Below are positions 48,401 to 54,684 of a stretch of 58,128 nucleotides of DNA, in pieces. The position numbers and the translations under genes are program-made. Positions within the stretch are counted from its first letter, which is position 1. The number at the start of each line of letters is the position of its first letter. Under the pieces are notes generated by a model. That model was given only the letters and a program-made list of their open reading frames with translations. It did not search any database and was not told the DNA's origin. Source of the stretch: Schmidtea nova (taxonomy: Eukaryota); contig CM097884.1 of assembly GCA_044892505.1 (NCBI GenBank), positions 125,989,873 to 126,048,000 of the forward strand, in the 5' to 3' direction.

Positions 48401-51291
48401 GCCAATATTTCCATTATTGTTTTCGATATCCATTCCTCACCTTGACATATTGGTGTTGTCTCTTTTTCTTTTATCTCCGCGATTTTATTTAATTTCTTTA
48501 AACATACTTCCCATTGATCTTGTCTCTTTTCATCCTTATTTCTGATGACTACATTTGCCGGATCTGTCTTGGGTCTACCTCGAGGTCGTCTATCCATTCC
48601 TGTACCCGTTTCCACAAATCTTGTTGCTCGTCCTGTTTCTTCCGTGACATCTCTTGGTTCGTTAGCTCTTTCTTCTAACCATCTTTCCATTTCTTGGGTT
48701 AATTGTACATTTTCGACATTCGTCCCTCTCGCTTCGTCTTCTATCAAATCGTTTATTTCTTCTATTATTATTTCTTCTTCGACTTCTGTTTCTCCGGGGT
48801 TGGTTACTTGTATTGTCGTAGGTAATTCTTGTATTCTTTCGAAAATGTTATCGTCTTTTTCTTTTGTTAATTCGGTTAATTCTTCTATCATATCGTCGCT
48901 ATCCGTTAAAATTTCGTCCACGTCGTATGGTTGTGGTGGAGTCATTTCTCTATTCCCTCTGGGTGTTGTCTCAGATCGTCTTGAACTTGTCCCTGGTGTT
49001 AGTACTGATTTCATCGGGCTCGGCGTACTTATACTTCCGTGTGGTTTATGGTTTTCTTCTTTACGTTTCAATGGTTGACCTGCTATTGCTTCTACTGTCA
49101 AGGTATTCATGAGATCTAGTTGTGCTGGCGTTATTCCGATTTCCAAACTGTTATCTAATGATCGTCCTTGGTGTTGTAAATGGAATGGTGGTTCGTATCT
49201 CAATTTCTTTTTAATATCTCGAATTTTTTCTGCTATTCCTACCCACAATTCTTCCTTATCCTTGTTTGGATATATTATTCTTAAATGCACTTTTTGTGGA
49301 ATTTCCTGCGAGAATTCTTGATTTCTCCATTTCCTAATTACGTGGTCTAGTTGTTCCGGGCACCATTCGTTAACTCTTTTATATTCTGCGATTGCCTTTG
49401 CCACTTTACGCAAGCATGTTATATCTTCTCCATTAACCACGAAAAAATCTGCGAGACCTTTTATTATTTTTCTCTTACCGTGCGCATTAGTTTTTAATAT
49501 TTCGACAAATTCCTCCGTTTTTTGCTTTTCCTTTTCTAACCATATGGCCACTGTTTCTGGTCCATCTAGGTCTATTGGCGTAGCTTTCCTTGTCACCATG
49601 CAAACCCTTCTCATTTCTGGTTCGCAGTCGTCTTCCATTCCTCTTTCATATTCTTCTTCATATTCCCCTTCCTTTGGTACCCAACATTTTCCTTTCTCGT
49701 TCCATTGTTTTTCTACGGGTGTTCGTCTTCGTCTGTTGAGATTGAGTTCTTCTAATACATTTTCCCACTCTGGCCAAATTCGCCAATTCCGATAGATGTC
49801 TACTATTTGTTGTAATTTGCGCACAACTTCTTTCCGTCGTTCCCGTTCTCTTTTCTCATCTTTAGCAGTTTCTCTGGGTGTATCGTCCATTCTGATAACG
49901 TGGATGGTTTGGTGATTATCCCATATGCCGATTTTATATAGTCGTCTCTCATCGTGATCCCATAATACATGTTCGTTATATTGTATGATTATGTCGTCTT
50001 CCCATTCGTCTTCTGGTTCTCTTTGCACTAGTGTCTCGTTGATGACATTTATTAATTCTTTAATGGTGCAATCCGCTACTACTTCTATTTCTTTGGTGTC
50101 TTCATTAGGCAATTCCACTGAAATTTTTAGGTCTGTTATTTTCCCTTGTCTGAACATTGTTTTTCCCATTTTTGCGATTAATTTGTCGTGTGAGATTTGT
50201 GACCATCTCGTGTGACTTGTGTCACGTATGCACTCAATACATTGTTTCAATTTCTCGTATTCGCTTCTCATTAACTCCTTTCTATGTTTTTTGACTTGTG
50301 GTATGATTTGCTCTATCAGGGAATTTAGATTCTTTCGTAAGACTCGTTCTTTCTCGTATTCTAACCGAGGTTTTATTCTCCTTTCAAAGCACGTGTTTGC
50401 TTCCCTTGCAACTTCTTGTAGGTTCTCTTCTTCCTTCTCATCACATATTGATAACAGAGTTATTTCTCCTGGCCATATACCTGTTTCTACTAAGTGCGTT
50501 CTTTTCTTTACGAGTCTATTCTGCGAATAGATGAATTTGTTTTTGTATGAGCTCCCTAGTCTATCCTCTACCCATCTGTAGATATCGTCTGTAAATGGAG
50601 TTTTGATCCAGATTCTTGGTGTAGATGTATTTATTATTATTGAGATGGTGTAATTGAGGAGTGGTTCCTCTATTAATTTCCCTACGTATCGATTTAACAT
50701 GTCTACTTCCCGGTCTTGTAACCATTCTTTGTAGTTCATTTGTAATAATGCTTTCATGAATTTCCGATATTGTTTCTTGTCCATGAACTCTTCGTTATAT
50801 ATCACTTCTAGCGAGTTATCTAGTAATTTCTGGATTTCATCTACCTTTATCTGTGTAGGTTCTGAGGTCTTTATTACTTCTCTCTCTTTATTTTCGTCTT
50901 CGGATTCGTTTAATATGTCTCCTGCTAGGCTACTGATGTCGTTATCTTCTTCCTCATCGGAAAACTCTCTGGCGGTATTTCTTAACATATTAATATGTGC
51001 TATTTGGTTCGTTTCTCCTTGTATATTCTTCGTTGGTTCTGGTTCGTTTTTGTCAATCTCTGGTGTTTGTTCACTCTTGTCCTCTATTACTTCGACTTTT
51101 CTCATTTTCTTTTCCAACTCGTCTATCTCTTTCAAACGTCTTCTTATCATTTTTCCTTTAAATATTCGACTGATTCGGGTTTCGTGACGCACTGGTGGTG
51201 GAATTTCTTCTGATTCTATTTCTTTGATTCTCATCACATTTCTTTTTGTCTCTGTTACTCCCATGTTTTCCCATATATCCGTTAATTTCAA
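36403..51291 (-). CDS. pol: 4,962-aa polyprotein: UBL, Bcl-2-like, Env, PR-RT-RH-IN, ankyrin, two FN3-like membrane proteins
   Basis: Uninterrupted 14.9-kb frame. PR IDTGA (D at ~45488), RT LDLKSGY and YIDD (44263-44274), RH TDAS/ERE/TDH, IN HHCC plus D,D(35)E and GPY. The track start is TTG; the frame is continuous with gag except for one TAA. Confidence 0.97.
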   Translation of the reverse strand: MKLTDIWENMGVTETKRNVMRIKEIESEEIPPPVRHETRISRIFKGKMIRRRLKEIDELEKKMRKVEVIEDKSEQTPEIDKNEPEPTKNIQGETNQIAHINMLRNTAREFSDEEEDNDISSLAGDILNESEDENKEREVIKTSEPTQIKVDEIQKLLDNSLEVIYNEEFMDKKQYRKFMKALLQMNYKEWLQDREVDMLNRYVGKLIEEPLLNYTISIIINTSTPRIWIKTPFTDDIYRWVEDRLGSSYKNKFIYSQNRLVKKRTHLVETGIWPGEITLLSICDEKEEENLQEVAREANTCFERRIKPRLEYEKERVLRKNLNSLIEQIIPQVKKHRKELMRSEYEKLKQCIECIRDTSHTRWSQISHDKLIAKMGKTMFRQGKITDLKISVELPNEDTKEIEVVADCTIKELINVINETLVQREPEDEWEDDIIIQYNEHVLWDHDERRLYKIGIWDNHQTIHVIRMDDTPRETAKDEKRERERRKEVVRKLQQIVDIYRNWRIWPEWENVLEELNLNRRRRTPVEKQWNEKGKCWVPKEGEYEEEYERGMEDDCEPEMRRVCMVTRKATPIDLDGPETVAIWLEKEKQKTEEFVEILKTNAHGKRKIIKGLADFFVVNGEDITCLRKVAKAIAEYKRVNEWCPEQLDHVIRKWRNQEFSQEIPQKVHLRIIYPNKDKEELWVGIAEKIRDIKKKLRYEPPFHLQHQGRSLDNSLEIGITPAQLDLMNTLTVEAIAGQPLKRKEENHKPHGSISTPSPMKSVLTPGTSSRRSETTPRGNREMTPPQPYDVDEILTDSDDMIEELTELTKEKDDNIFERIQELPTTIQVTNPGETEVEEEIIIEEINDLIEDEARGTNVENVQLTQEMERWLEERANEPRDVTEETGRATRFVETGTGMDRRPRGRPKTDPANVVIRNKDEKRQDQWEVCLKKLNKIAEIKEKETTPICQGEEWISKTIMEILAIIDPELKKYWRITEISEKAKSLHSAIAPILPEFIKEKTKSNHLDWQGTTMLIKKLTEGAETDNKYVIAIAYTIYNLLTLSRGRPKPTALERHIKITAKIIAREIEPYVINKGGWETFIKTNQKKTQAKNMKKKFEKILEELGKEQAGTRNAKSSMNLSSIIMMMLIWMISTDSATAFEVFDCDQMKLGEKYSLRGTEQCKDATPVELQKIKKEQWYHVYQEAELIKTMVNECKVQKTRFAFYCGRGHYSAIVMPGTEREPIVLQGEDCEALFKHGEVTTRDKIKIKGKPGMMMQQTYYVAGRITGGEGYCQGETYPMLRTLATNLVVMDTYIVELKSYEAFFEPTTGEMKTLSMCKIDRSMCQTGMSTLVYKPKVNECQLQLLQGAKFDEIQGKTFQEEDDDDKARAKHLKEALENKRQLKPDHRERRIEMRATPTVLITTNQDVGMRFIKGKATLKCSTTVYETNYPGIYVSKQEVPNAKPKIDTMDIKLHLYVNNKMDFLFHRGQASLQKVYYDLINNDCILNREILKTKLAVAITNPDSAMPLLPLREGHFGRVVGEAMYVYICEKTHASLAATTQLKPGTCTNELEIDYKGKVRYVQPVTRIINPPGFEPNPFNCSNAYGPLYQKPDGKWVMFPGRSEVIAPREFELMQLSKDRQFSDVDVSNNGIYSPKDLEAARQNILFPARREALLSNIVTITGGTDYREGPNYELLLSPAHFKKATENMMKAMWGRFLIFGQMMAGILGVILIIQIVRVIITQMLACFDIYKREKKVNWKMIVGFLPFLAKTMVLHGHSKDIHRIKRLLKILAKMKGTDEEVGRKFKKIMNDEQARQQLKRERKGLWERVKGYKTQNDSSDDDDDDDDYKGGQVYKNQAPRYIEKNPADAWKCYAPPPTMYQEPLQGGKNSTMQMLPMTNVYPMIPEDYKMRRCRSVDPQGDAHTIAVMSSNTGPVLTTTIEINGREIEAMIDTGANISAIDIKWIPQEQRRDIERTNVHVIACSKEVVEVAGRWWVKIRHLNTEIDTYVAVIPALSVPCIIGTDLMPALFKEIVIDLGTMRLKDRTGQICAIEAKVTSSKQMIIPARKEKICYVKIDPTIQGDMIFEPSKRFEKRKALPMARGLVNINDNGEIPINVVNFDEEDKIIYENERLGKLTPMMDIELPIAGAEKDKEPTWNIDSELLNEDQRKQLEKLLIEYKDIFAASDLDLGTCDVTLHTIPLTDETPIALRPYKLAEAQKAVAEAEVKKMLDAEVIEPSCSPWQFPVVMVKKKDGTQRFCIDYRRLNTVTKRDTYPLPDINEMLLTLQGAAYFTSLDLKSGYWQIKMKEEDKEKTAFTIGRDLYQFRKMPFGLTNAPASFQRCMNFVTHGIKQCMVYIDDLLIYSSTFEQHIQDIRDVFVRLRQWKLKLKPSKCDWAKEKVTFLGHIVSAKGKEPDPRNIDKVKECPVPKTITQIQEFLGLCGYYRKFIKDYAGIAKPIQELVKKDVSFIWGDEQQTAFETLRDKLITAPILVHPDFKKPFLLATDASGYAAGAVLGQYDDEGKERVIGYYSRTFKKHEKNYSVTEREALAIILAIKHFKYLLWGHIICITTDHQPLVWLGQHKETSSRLMRWAMQLQEYSPDIKFKSGKANANADCMSRLTFPELTDPDVQRICVLIAEDLDFSELKKDQQEDKELGQIIEFLTSRNMEVFKDNKELKEHIGKYQHRYIINKGWLLIQNGEKRLMCLPENRRKEIMIQYHDGKLGGHMSEKKTINRMRQKYYWRTMEEDIKEWIKNCLTCATRKDSGKKWKNPLQPMPIPAEPMTTIAMDVIGPLPESLNGNIYILVITDYLTKFPEAFAMQDQKAKTVAKILVEEICCRYGTPKQILTDQGTNFMSELLNEVTNYFRIAKLRTSPYHPQTNGQTERFNGTLIRMLSNYVSRHQTDWDEYIKLCLMAYRMSIHAATKLSPFQLMYGRECNMPIDLEYQPPLSQYMEDDDYVTKFKERMQEIWKTAELNIKFYQESYKDLHDQKKNVKANDLKPGDWVIIETPEIIPGTVKKLQRPGRGPYEIIYKKDNNVKVKLINRPLIRPIYVNTCRCKKVPKTITTTPENRIITRSQTARINMLRANTSEDDKTEIRQKEIRNKEILLKAREIMGRWHVRDEAGISRDIRHIISRYAQGLPTEPIISELLIKIPEILLLKDVGGQPALHNAIQCKNIERAKEFLKIAKETNQNLDVGNREQETPLMTAAIYQADKEMVDLLIKARFSWTERDREDKTVLNHVIWSSHQPMLKYIIANSTWEIDELVKGDIIKEAIKIGKCNTIRKLIKWKRPEDDTWVLDINEVYSEGQNALLRYLLKFTCDQKTLLTLLDRGNINITKNEEEYKFDKEKEALFNKIRKWCAKPLDKLITYKDINNFNEKYQTIVSEYEELVKILNHPEKCKQVLEKKERESNKKLTPLFKAEAPYQARLDAIQEKAKELLPEFENSKHALEILGALVEKVHAYAKGTYNGNDITTIKKEMPVTFLLPKDGIMPIHRALRNGKDRKVMEIARVMLNCGSNMNMVDEKGDTLMVFAARAKTKTKVLKELYKAGAGLTGKTDKDNSILDVALLTHNWEMVNFIKTISNQEEIDYLTDTVRKPSVLAMMNNVELTESILTWINPNTNEPAFKINEFTEHNQNWCIRSALITYKWPEILKMFMERKDLRVTNNPREGKYTGKWKELMKTYINNWIKAKREILEYKSTNKIIPEQIETQEFEASNLTTLAYAKLIEEINVEDDIFDEPGGDDNTDSDDGNNSENSSDHEPPDKEENERKDKKRDKEEKKGEEEKQRDEEREQGTNDQGDKNDTQRTGYKSTIKPFFKPELLLLTMIITLINPSQGMTCEERAIIQIKNAKGIERVCWSKKDKITEQNSPMDCRISKHEQEIIEINDLDLNTWYKICTVRKQKHPRSHNTIACAKYQTPKAAMTIQQSPKGDYIIGKCGRTETQGTENKKPQATDKQTTPTLRITIERPEARVATNETERVSYQMEVLCLALILIMIKRLEEGIEIETMTITEVEDTQNTNIKCWARNNEEIGVNEIRKSRKPTTNKVIKISEVKADKTYKLCLLEKETNKKGTTKCKTFQPGEVIKFRRRTRKRNKQIKRKVNITLEIKEIEPNVKGVCWRKYEKEVNKRTTPQCRTNTGTTTIQIKGLESKQTYEICLVKKNDQITINDLECGIYTTSSGTRTKTLTRKNKRKQRNKGKPKYTTTFKNNKQPTNQEVTTKPERKTSATLTLWKIENKTLEICWIIVQKHIRRQSRECRKTNKEIKIEKLQFNSEYEVCAIEIMDALRNQQERCETYYTPVNATSKGITRKLEFRELSQTNEQMDAEKIIIDPQAKWTPEEVIKEVKRKQEEREQLMRKLKGQYGIMFNQSKSIQTDENKQIKELIGLGILTATIPVIIALSAIWIRKINPRKSATQWPNIYNTSHGVEILEENAREEPKPTRNKKEAKIAKLGMNNKDKEIKEIKGEEKKYERRTRSLPQSSKWLGLTIILTLINGEEAINPQTGIKIINVQEVEKICWYREDEPIGENNPLKCIIRKSDQDIIRIEEMDGGTMHRICIIEKEKKSGLPKTVVCQKYETPRLEWYRVKPTKKEIKNTIDQPATQMKNTTDKPGEGERSTNNTREEVSPQQDFVCIALIIAMSKRIDKGIRIEQMAMTIRRKNQSNKICWVWYNEPREYQVQTSDESRTNKEIEIQEIQMNEEGSICIWEKGTQEDQPGIENCKTFQKGETLKFDEEELTKTERTLTLTGLDQTVKVICWTKHKPEVEEDNLTHCKEIKNKEKVELKKMEVNRTYAICTFTRKGSEKPECGLYQISEKLSQQTEPGGVENQTTKNDVKQLLNHHWSTQEVMNKVKSQIPKEKKPEAQTQNEIKANQNKRETNSGKTIIGLMSIGILIAYGILTTSIIVYWRYRKRNKATAIQWPDIKIMKLGIEIPEEIQKEFQRRTKGKEFWKQIEEEERYEEKTIMMV
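36538..39866 (-). other. Polyprotein C-terminus: two tandem signal peptide / FN3-like repeat / TM units
   Basis: Signal peptides at ~39811-39866 and ~37825-37863; TMs at ~38098-38163 and ~36587-36660. Seven modules follow C-W-x-C-x-I-x-I-xx-L-x4-Y-x-I-C-x-C-xx-Y/F. Both tails carry QWPxI. Confidence 0.7.
40430..41850 (-). other. Ankyrin-repeat region (two clusters) downstream of integrase
   Basis: GQPALHNAI, QETPLMTAA, DKTVLNHVI, GIMPIHRAL, GDTLMVFAA...LYKAGAGL. Confidence 0.88.
42170..45540 (-). other. pol: Pol core: protease ~45210-45540, RT ~44116-44740, RNase H ~43481-43850, integrase ~42170-43190
   Basis: All catalytic residues appear intact. The PR-RT-RH-IN order defines Ty3/gypsy. 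Confidence 0.97.
46020..47937 (-). other. env: Env: chuvirus/Monjiviricetes-like (class III-type) fusion glycoprotein embedded in the polyprotein
   Basis: Signal peptide MNLSSIIMMMLIWMISTDSATA then FEVFDC..YSL..C; NNDC.LN; G..GRVVGEAMY..IC; C.NEL..DY.G...VQP.TRII..C; GIYS..DL...ILFP; furin-type RERR (47116-47127); TM ~46102-46197. Confidence 0.8.
48040..48520 (-). other. Bcl-2-like domain
   Basis: BH2-like EPYVINKGGWETF (cf. WI..NGGW..F), preceded by a helical, degenerate BH1-like DNKYVIAIAY. Confidence 0.72.
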
Positions 51292-51450
51292 TTTTACTGA
51301 TGGTGCATCTCCTATTTGTAAGAACGCTTATCTGGGCAGTTTCGTTACTCCTGGAATCATCTGGTTTACTTTATTGAATAGTATTTCCACCTTTTCTTTT
51401 GCGTTATATTGGAATCGAAACATATGGTCGTTGGGCATGATTACCATCAT
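49084..51450 (-). other. Three ubiquitin-like (beta-grasp) domains at ~51220-51450, ~49888-50130 and ~49084-49290
   Basis: Each starts with a hydrophobic strand, x-P-N-x-D/H, a second strand, then T/K-I/V-x-x-L/I. The best example is LKISVELPNEDTKEIEVVADCTIKELINVI...LYKIGIWDNHQTIHVI. Confidence 0.6.
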
Positions 51451-53310
51451 TCCTTTTTTCCAAATTTTTCTTCTCTCTTCCTGGTTTATCTCAGTTTCCC
51501 CTTCCTTTTTTATTTCTTTTTCTACTTCTTCATCTTTTTGTACTATTTCTTTTAGACTTTCGTTGTTGGTTGGATTCGGATTTATTTCTAATGTGGTTTC
51601 TTTCTCGCGAGTGTCTGTTTGGTTTGTTGCTCTTAGCATGTTAATTCTTAGAGGTTGTCGCTCTCTTTCTTGCTGTTTTTGTTCATCCTCTCTTTGTATT
51701 CTTGCCCATTCCTGAGCGTGTCGTGCTTGACTTTCTCGATTCAATCGTTCATTTTCGCTTTCTATTTTTCTCATCATGCTAATTTGCTGTTGATTGGTTT
51801 GCGAATTTCCTCTCGTCGTATTGTTTATCAGTTCCGTCAACCTTTGAACTTCTTGCATCAAATGTATTTCTTTGGTGGTAGTTTTGTTCTGATTATTATT
51901 ATTGTTGTTTTGTTGGTTTCCATAATCTGGTCGGTTTACGGTATTTGCTTGATTTCCGTAATTTGGTCGGTTCCCATTACTCTGCCAGTTTCCTCGCTGA
52001 TTACTTTTTTGTCCGCAATTTCTTGAATAGTGACCAGGTCGTCCGCAATTAAAACAGATTATCGTAGAACATCTACTCTCCGAGTGTCCTTTAACTCCAC
52101 ATTTTCCGCAATTCAAATTTTGATAGCATTCTTGTTGCCAATGTCCCAATTTTCCACATGTTTTACATTGTTTTGTTTGTCCTTGAGGATTGTAATTGTT
52201 TTGGTTTCTAAAGTTTTGCACTTTATTTCCTTCGTTCCTTCGTTGAGGGGGTGGTCGGTTTAATTGTTGCGAATTTGGAATGTGATTGTTGAGATTTACT
52301 TCTGGTTCGATTTGCGCCGTGTCCATGGCTAAATAAATTCTACCCTCACTTCCTATCATGTGCAGTTCGAATCTGTTAGCTGTTTCTAGTGCTTGGTCTA
52401 GGGTTTTACATCCTTGGCATCCCACTTGTGCTCTTATGTCGGGTCTTCTTAGTCCTCCTATGAAGATAGCTGCCATTAACTCCTCGTTTATTGGACCTCC
52501 ATCCTTGAATACCGATTTTGCTAATTTTTTCAATTCGCTCGCGTATACCGCATTAGATTCGTTCATCTTTTGTTTCCTCATTGAAAATTCTATGAATGCT
52601 TCGCTTAGCACTTTATTTATTCCAAATGTTTGTTGGAAAAAGTCCTTTATCGCTGGCCAGTCTGCAGGTGGATTGGTACCGTTTTTTGCTTCCAAATATA
52701 GGTCCAATGCGCTATCTTTCAAATATAACTGTATTCTACTTGCTGTTGTCTCAGCTTTCCATTTGCATACTTCCACGAATATGCCAAATTCCTTTAGAAA
52801 AATTTCTAATTTACTCGCATCTCCGTTAAACGGTTCTCCTGAAAATTTATCCTTTATTTCTTCTCTTGGTTCACCCATTTCAATTCCGCTGTCTTGAGTT
52901 ATTTTACTTTCGTTTCCTCTTGTTTCTAGTTCGTTGTTATGTTCGTCTTCTGTTCCACTCGAGCTTGAATCGCTTTCAGTTTCTCTTATTACCACGTTAT
53001 CTGATATTATACTCTCGTTATCACTCTCGTTGGTTTCTACCTCTGGTTCTACCTCGTTTTCTACTTCTTCGATATTATCGTTGTTAGTTTCGTCGCTTTC
53101 TATTTCGCTTGTTTGGTTCTCCTTGGGTTCCGCTTGGTTCTCTTTGTTACTTGAGCTGTTGCTTACTACTGACAATTTATCGTTTTCGATAATTGATTTA
53201 TCTCTTATTATTTTCCTCGCTTTACTCCCTTGTGGGTTTTTGTGGTTATCTTTGCCGGCTTTCTGCTTTTTTGTTGGCTTTATTGCGACACTCTTTGCTC
53301 CTTTTCTCAA
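51328..53310 (-). CDS. gag: Gag: acidic N-terminal extension, capsid-like domain, three CCHC knuckles
   Basis: FNGDASKLEIFLKEF capsid start; CKTCGKLGHWQQEC, CGKCGVKGHSESRC and CFNCGRPGHYSRNC (52015-52167). The track start is TTG; the first ATG is ~143 codons in. Confidence 0.93.
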   Translation of the reverse strand: MRKGAKSVAIKPTKKQKAGKDNHKNPQGSKARKIIRDKSIIENDKLSVVSNSSSNKENQAEPKENQTSEIESDETNNDNIEEVENEVEPEVETNESDNESIISDNVVIRETESDSSSSGTEDEHNNELETRGNESKITQDSGIEMGEPREEIKDKFSGEPFNGDASKLEIFLKEFGIFVEVCKWKAETTASRIQLYLKDSALDLYLEAKNGTNPPADWPAIKDFFQQTFGINKVLSEAFIEFSMRKQKMNESNAVYASELKKLAKSVFKDGGPINEELMAAIFIGGLRRPDIRAQVGCQGCKTLDQALETANRFELHMIGSEGRIYLAMDTAQIEPEVNLNNHIPNSQQLNRPPPQRRNEGNKVQNFRNQNNYNPQGQTKQCKTCGKLGHWQQECYQNLNCGKCGVKGHSESRCSTIICFNCGRPGHYSRNCGQKSNQRGNWQSNGNRPNYGNQANTVNRPDYGNQQNNNNNNQNKTTTKEIHLMQEVQRLTELINNTTRGNSQTNQQQISMMRKIESENERLNRESQARHAQEWARIQREDEQKQQERERQPLRINMLRATNQTDTREKETTLEINPNPTNNESLKEIVQKDEEVEKEIKKEGETEINQEERRKIWKKGMMVIMPNDHMFRFQYNAKEKVEILFNKVNQMIPGVTKLPR

Positions 53311-53920
53311 CTGGATTACTTTTATATTATCAATTTTCTTGTCCTATCTATTATCGTTTTTCTGATTCTTCTTGTTGTTTGATTGATTTGATTGATTTGT
53401 ATATCTAAAATACAAAGGTCCTCAACGATACCTTATTGTTATCGTCGCGCTTTTATTCCCTTTCTTTCGGGATTACTTATTACTGGGTTTTCATTATTTC
53501 CCATTCTCAGATTCCCCTTTATTTTTAGTCTATTTAAATTATCTATAGACTGGTCACAATTATCTATTTATGTCGTAATAATTATCTATGTTTTATCAAA
53601 TCCATTACTTTTCCCACAGTTTCCCAATTTATTGGTCGCTCGAGCGCTCTAATTCCCTGAGTCTTTCTGACTCGTTTATCATTATTTTATCATCTTTATT
53701 CATTATTCCCTGCTAGCAATCGTTTTACTCATTCTGCCGGTTGTTCCGGTCAGCTCGAATTTTTATTATTCTCCTTGCATGCTTTACTTAAGGTTGCATA
53801 ATCAGCTTTACTCGCATTTCTTAACTACTAGTGCGCACTATTCTAAATCTCGTCGACGATTACACTATGGGTCTATATTCCCTCGGTTACTATTTATCCG
53901 GATATCTCTATAATCCACTA

Positions 53921-54200
53921 TGGCTCTTTTGGCCTCAATTTATATCTCACATGGCTCTATTGGCCTCATTTTACTATCTCAAACGGCTCTATTGGCCTCA
54001 ATTTAATATCTCACATGGCTCTATTGGCCTTAATTTAATATCTCACATGGCTCTATTGGCCTCAAATTAATCTCTCCATAACGCCTAGCTAGGTCATTCA
54101 ATAAGGCTCGTTGGCCTCAACCCTTTTTTTCAAGGGACAAACCGCTAATAACCCTTTGCTTCAAGGGACAACTCTAATAACCCTTTGTTTCAAGGGACAA
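53921..54200. repeat. Leader tandem repeats: five ~32-bp units plus a partial sixth, then three CCCTT-N6-AAGGG hairpins
   Basis: Units of atctcacatggctctattggcctcaattta at 53921-54070 and a core at 54105-54120; ccctt..ttcaagggacaa x3 at 54121-54200. Confidence 0.9.
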
Positions 54201-54684
54201 ATCTCGTATAACTTTACTTAACCGGTTAATCACAATTCCCTACTTCGCTAGCGATTAAAACTTCTCAGCTGAGTTATAACTACTTCTATGCGAGCTGACT
54301 ATGCACCTTTTATTCTCTCAAAATTGTCATTTATCTCTTTATTCTATCATAACTAATTCCTGATCAGTCTGCTTCAACTTTTCATTTATTTTTTCTCTAT
54401 GCGCGCTTTACTCCATCGAGATTTCCCTATCTCTCTCCCCAACCAAAATATACAAAAAGATCGCGTTGGTCTATTAATGCAGGATGTGGTGATCAATCAC
54501 ATCACAAAAACTTTCCAACATTTGCGATGGGCCCCTTTCCATACACCCTGACTAGGTTGATCAATCGGTACCCCCCAATGGATTCTTATCGGACTACTTT
54601 GCAGTAGCTCAAAAATTATTTAAATACAATGATTGTTCCCATGATTCACCATTCGATCTTTTACTAATCAACTCTAAACATTTA

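Noticed and set aside
34384-53652. Many plus-strand ORFs up to 317 aa (e.g. 34984-35937, 37523-38317, 40589-41365) antisense to the element's genes
   Set aside because: F/L/S/I-rich shadows of the A-rich sense codons with no motifs; expected from the strand skew.
54105-54120. GGCTCGTTGG resembles the 5' end of tRNA-Pro
   Set aside because: It is a one-base variant of the neighbouring tandem-repeat core and no cloverleaf follows.
53921-54200. CRISPR-like appearance of the leader repeats
   Set aside because: No unique spacers, eukaryotic context and no cas genes.
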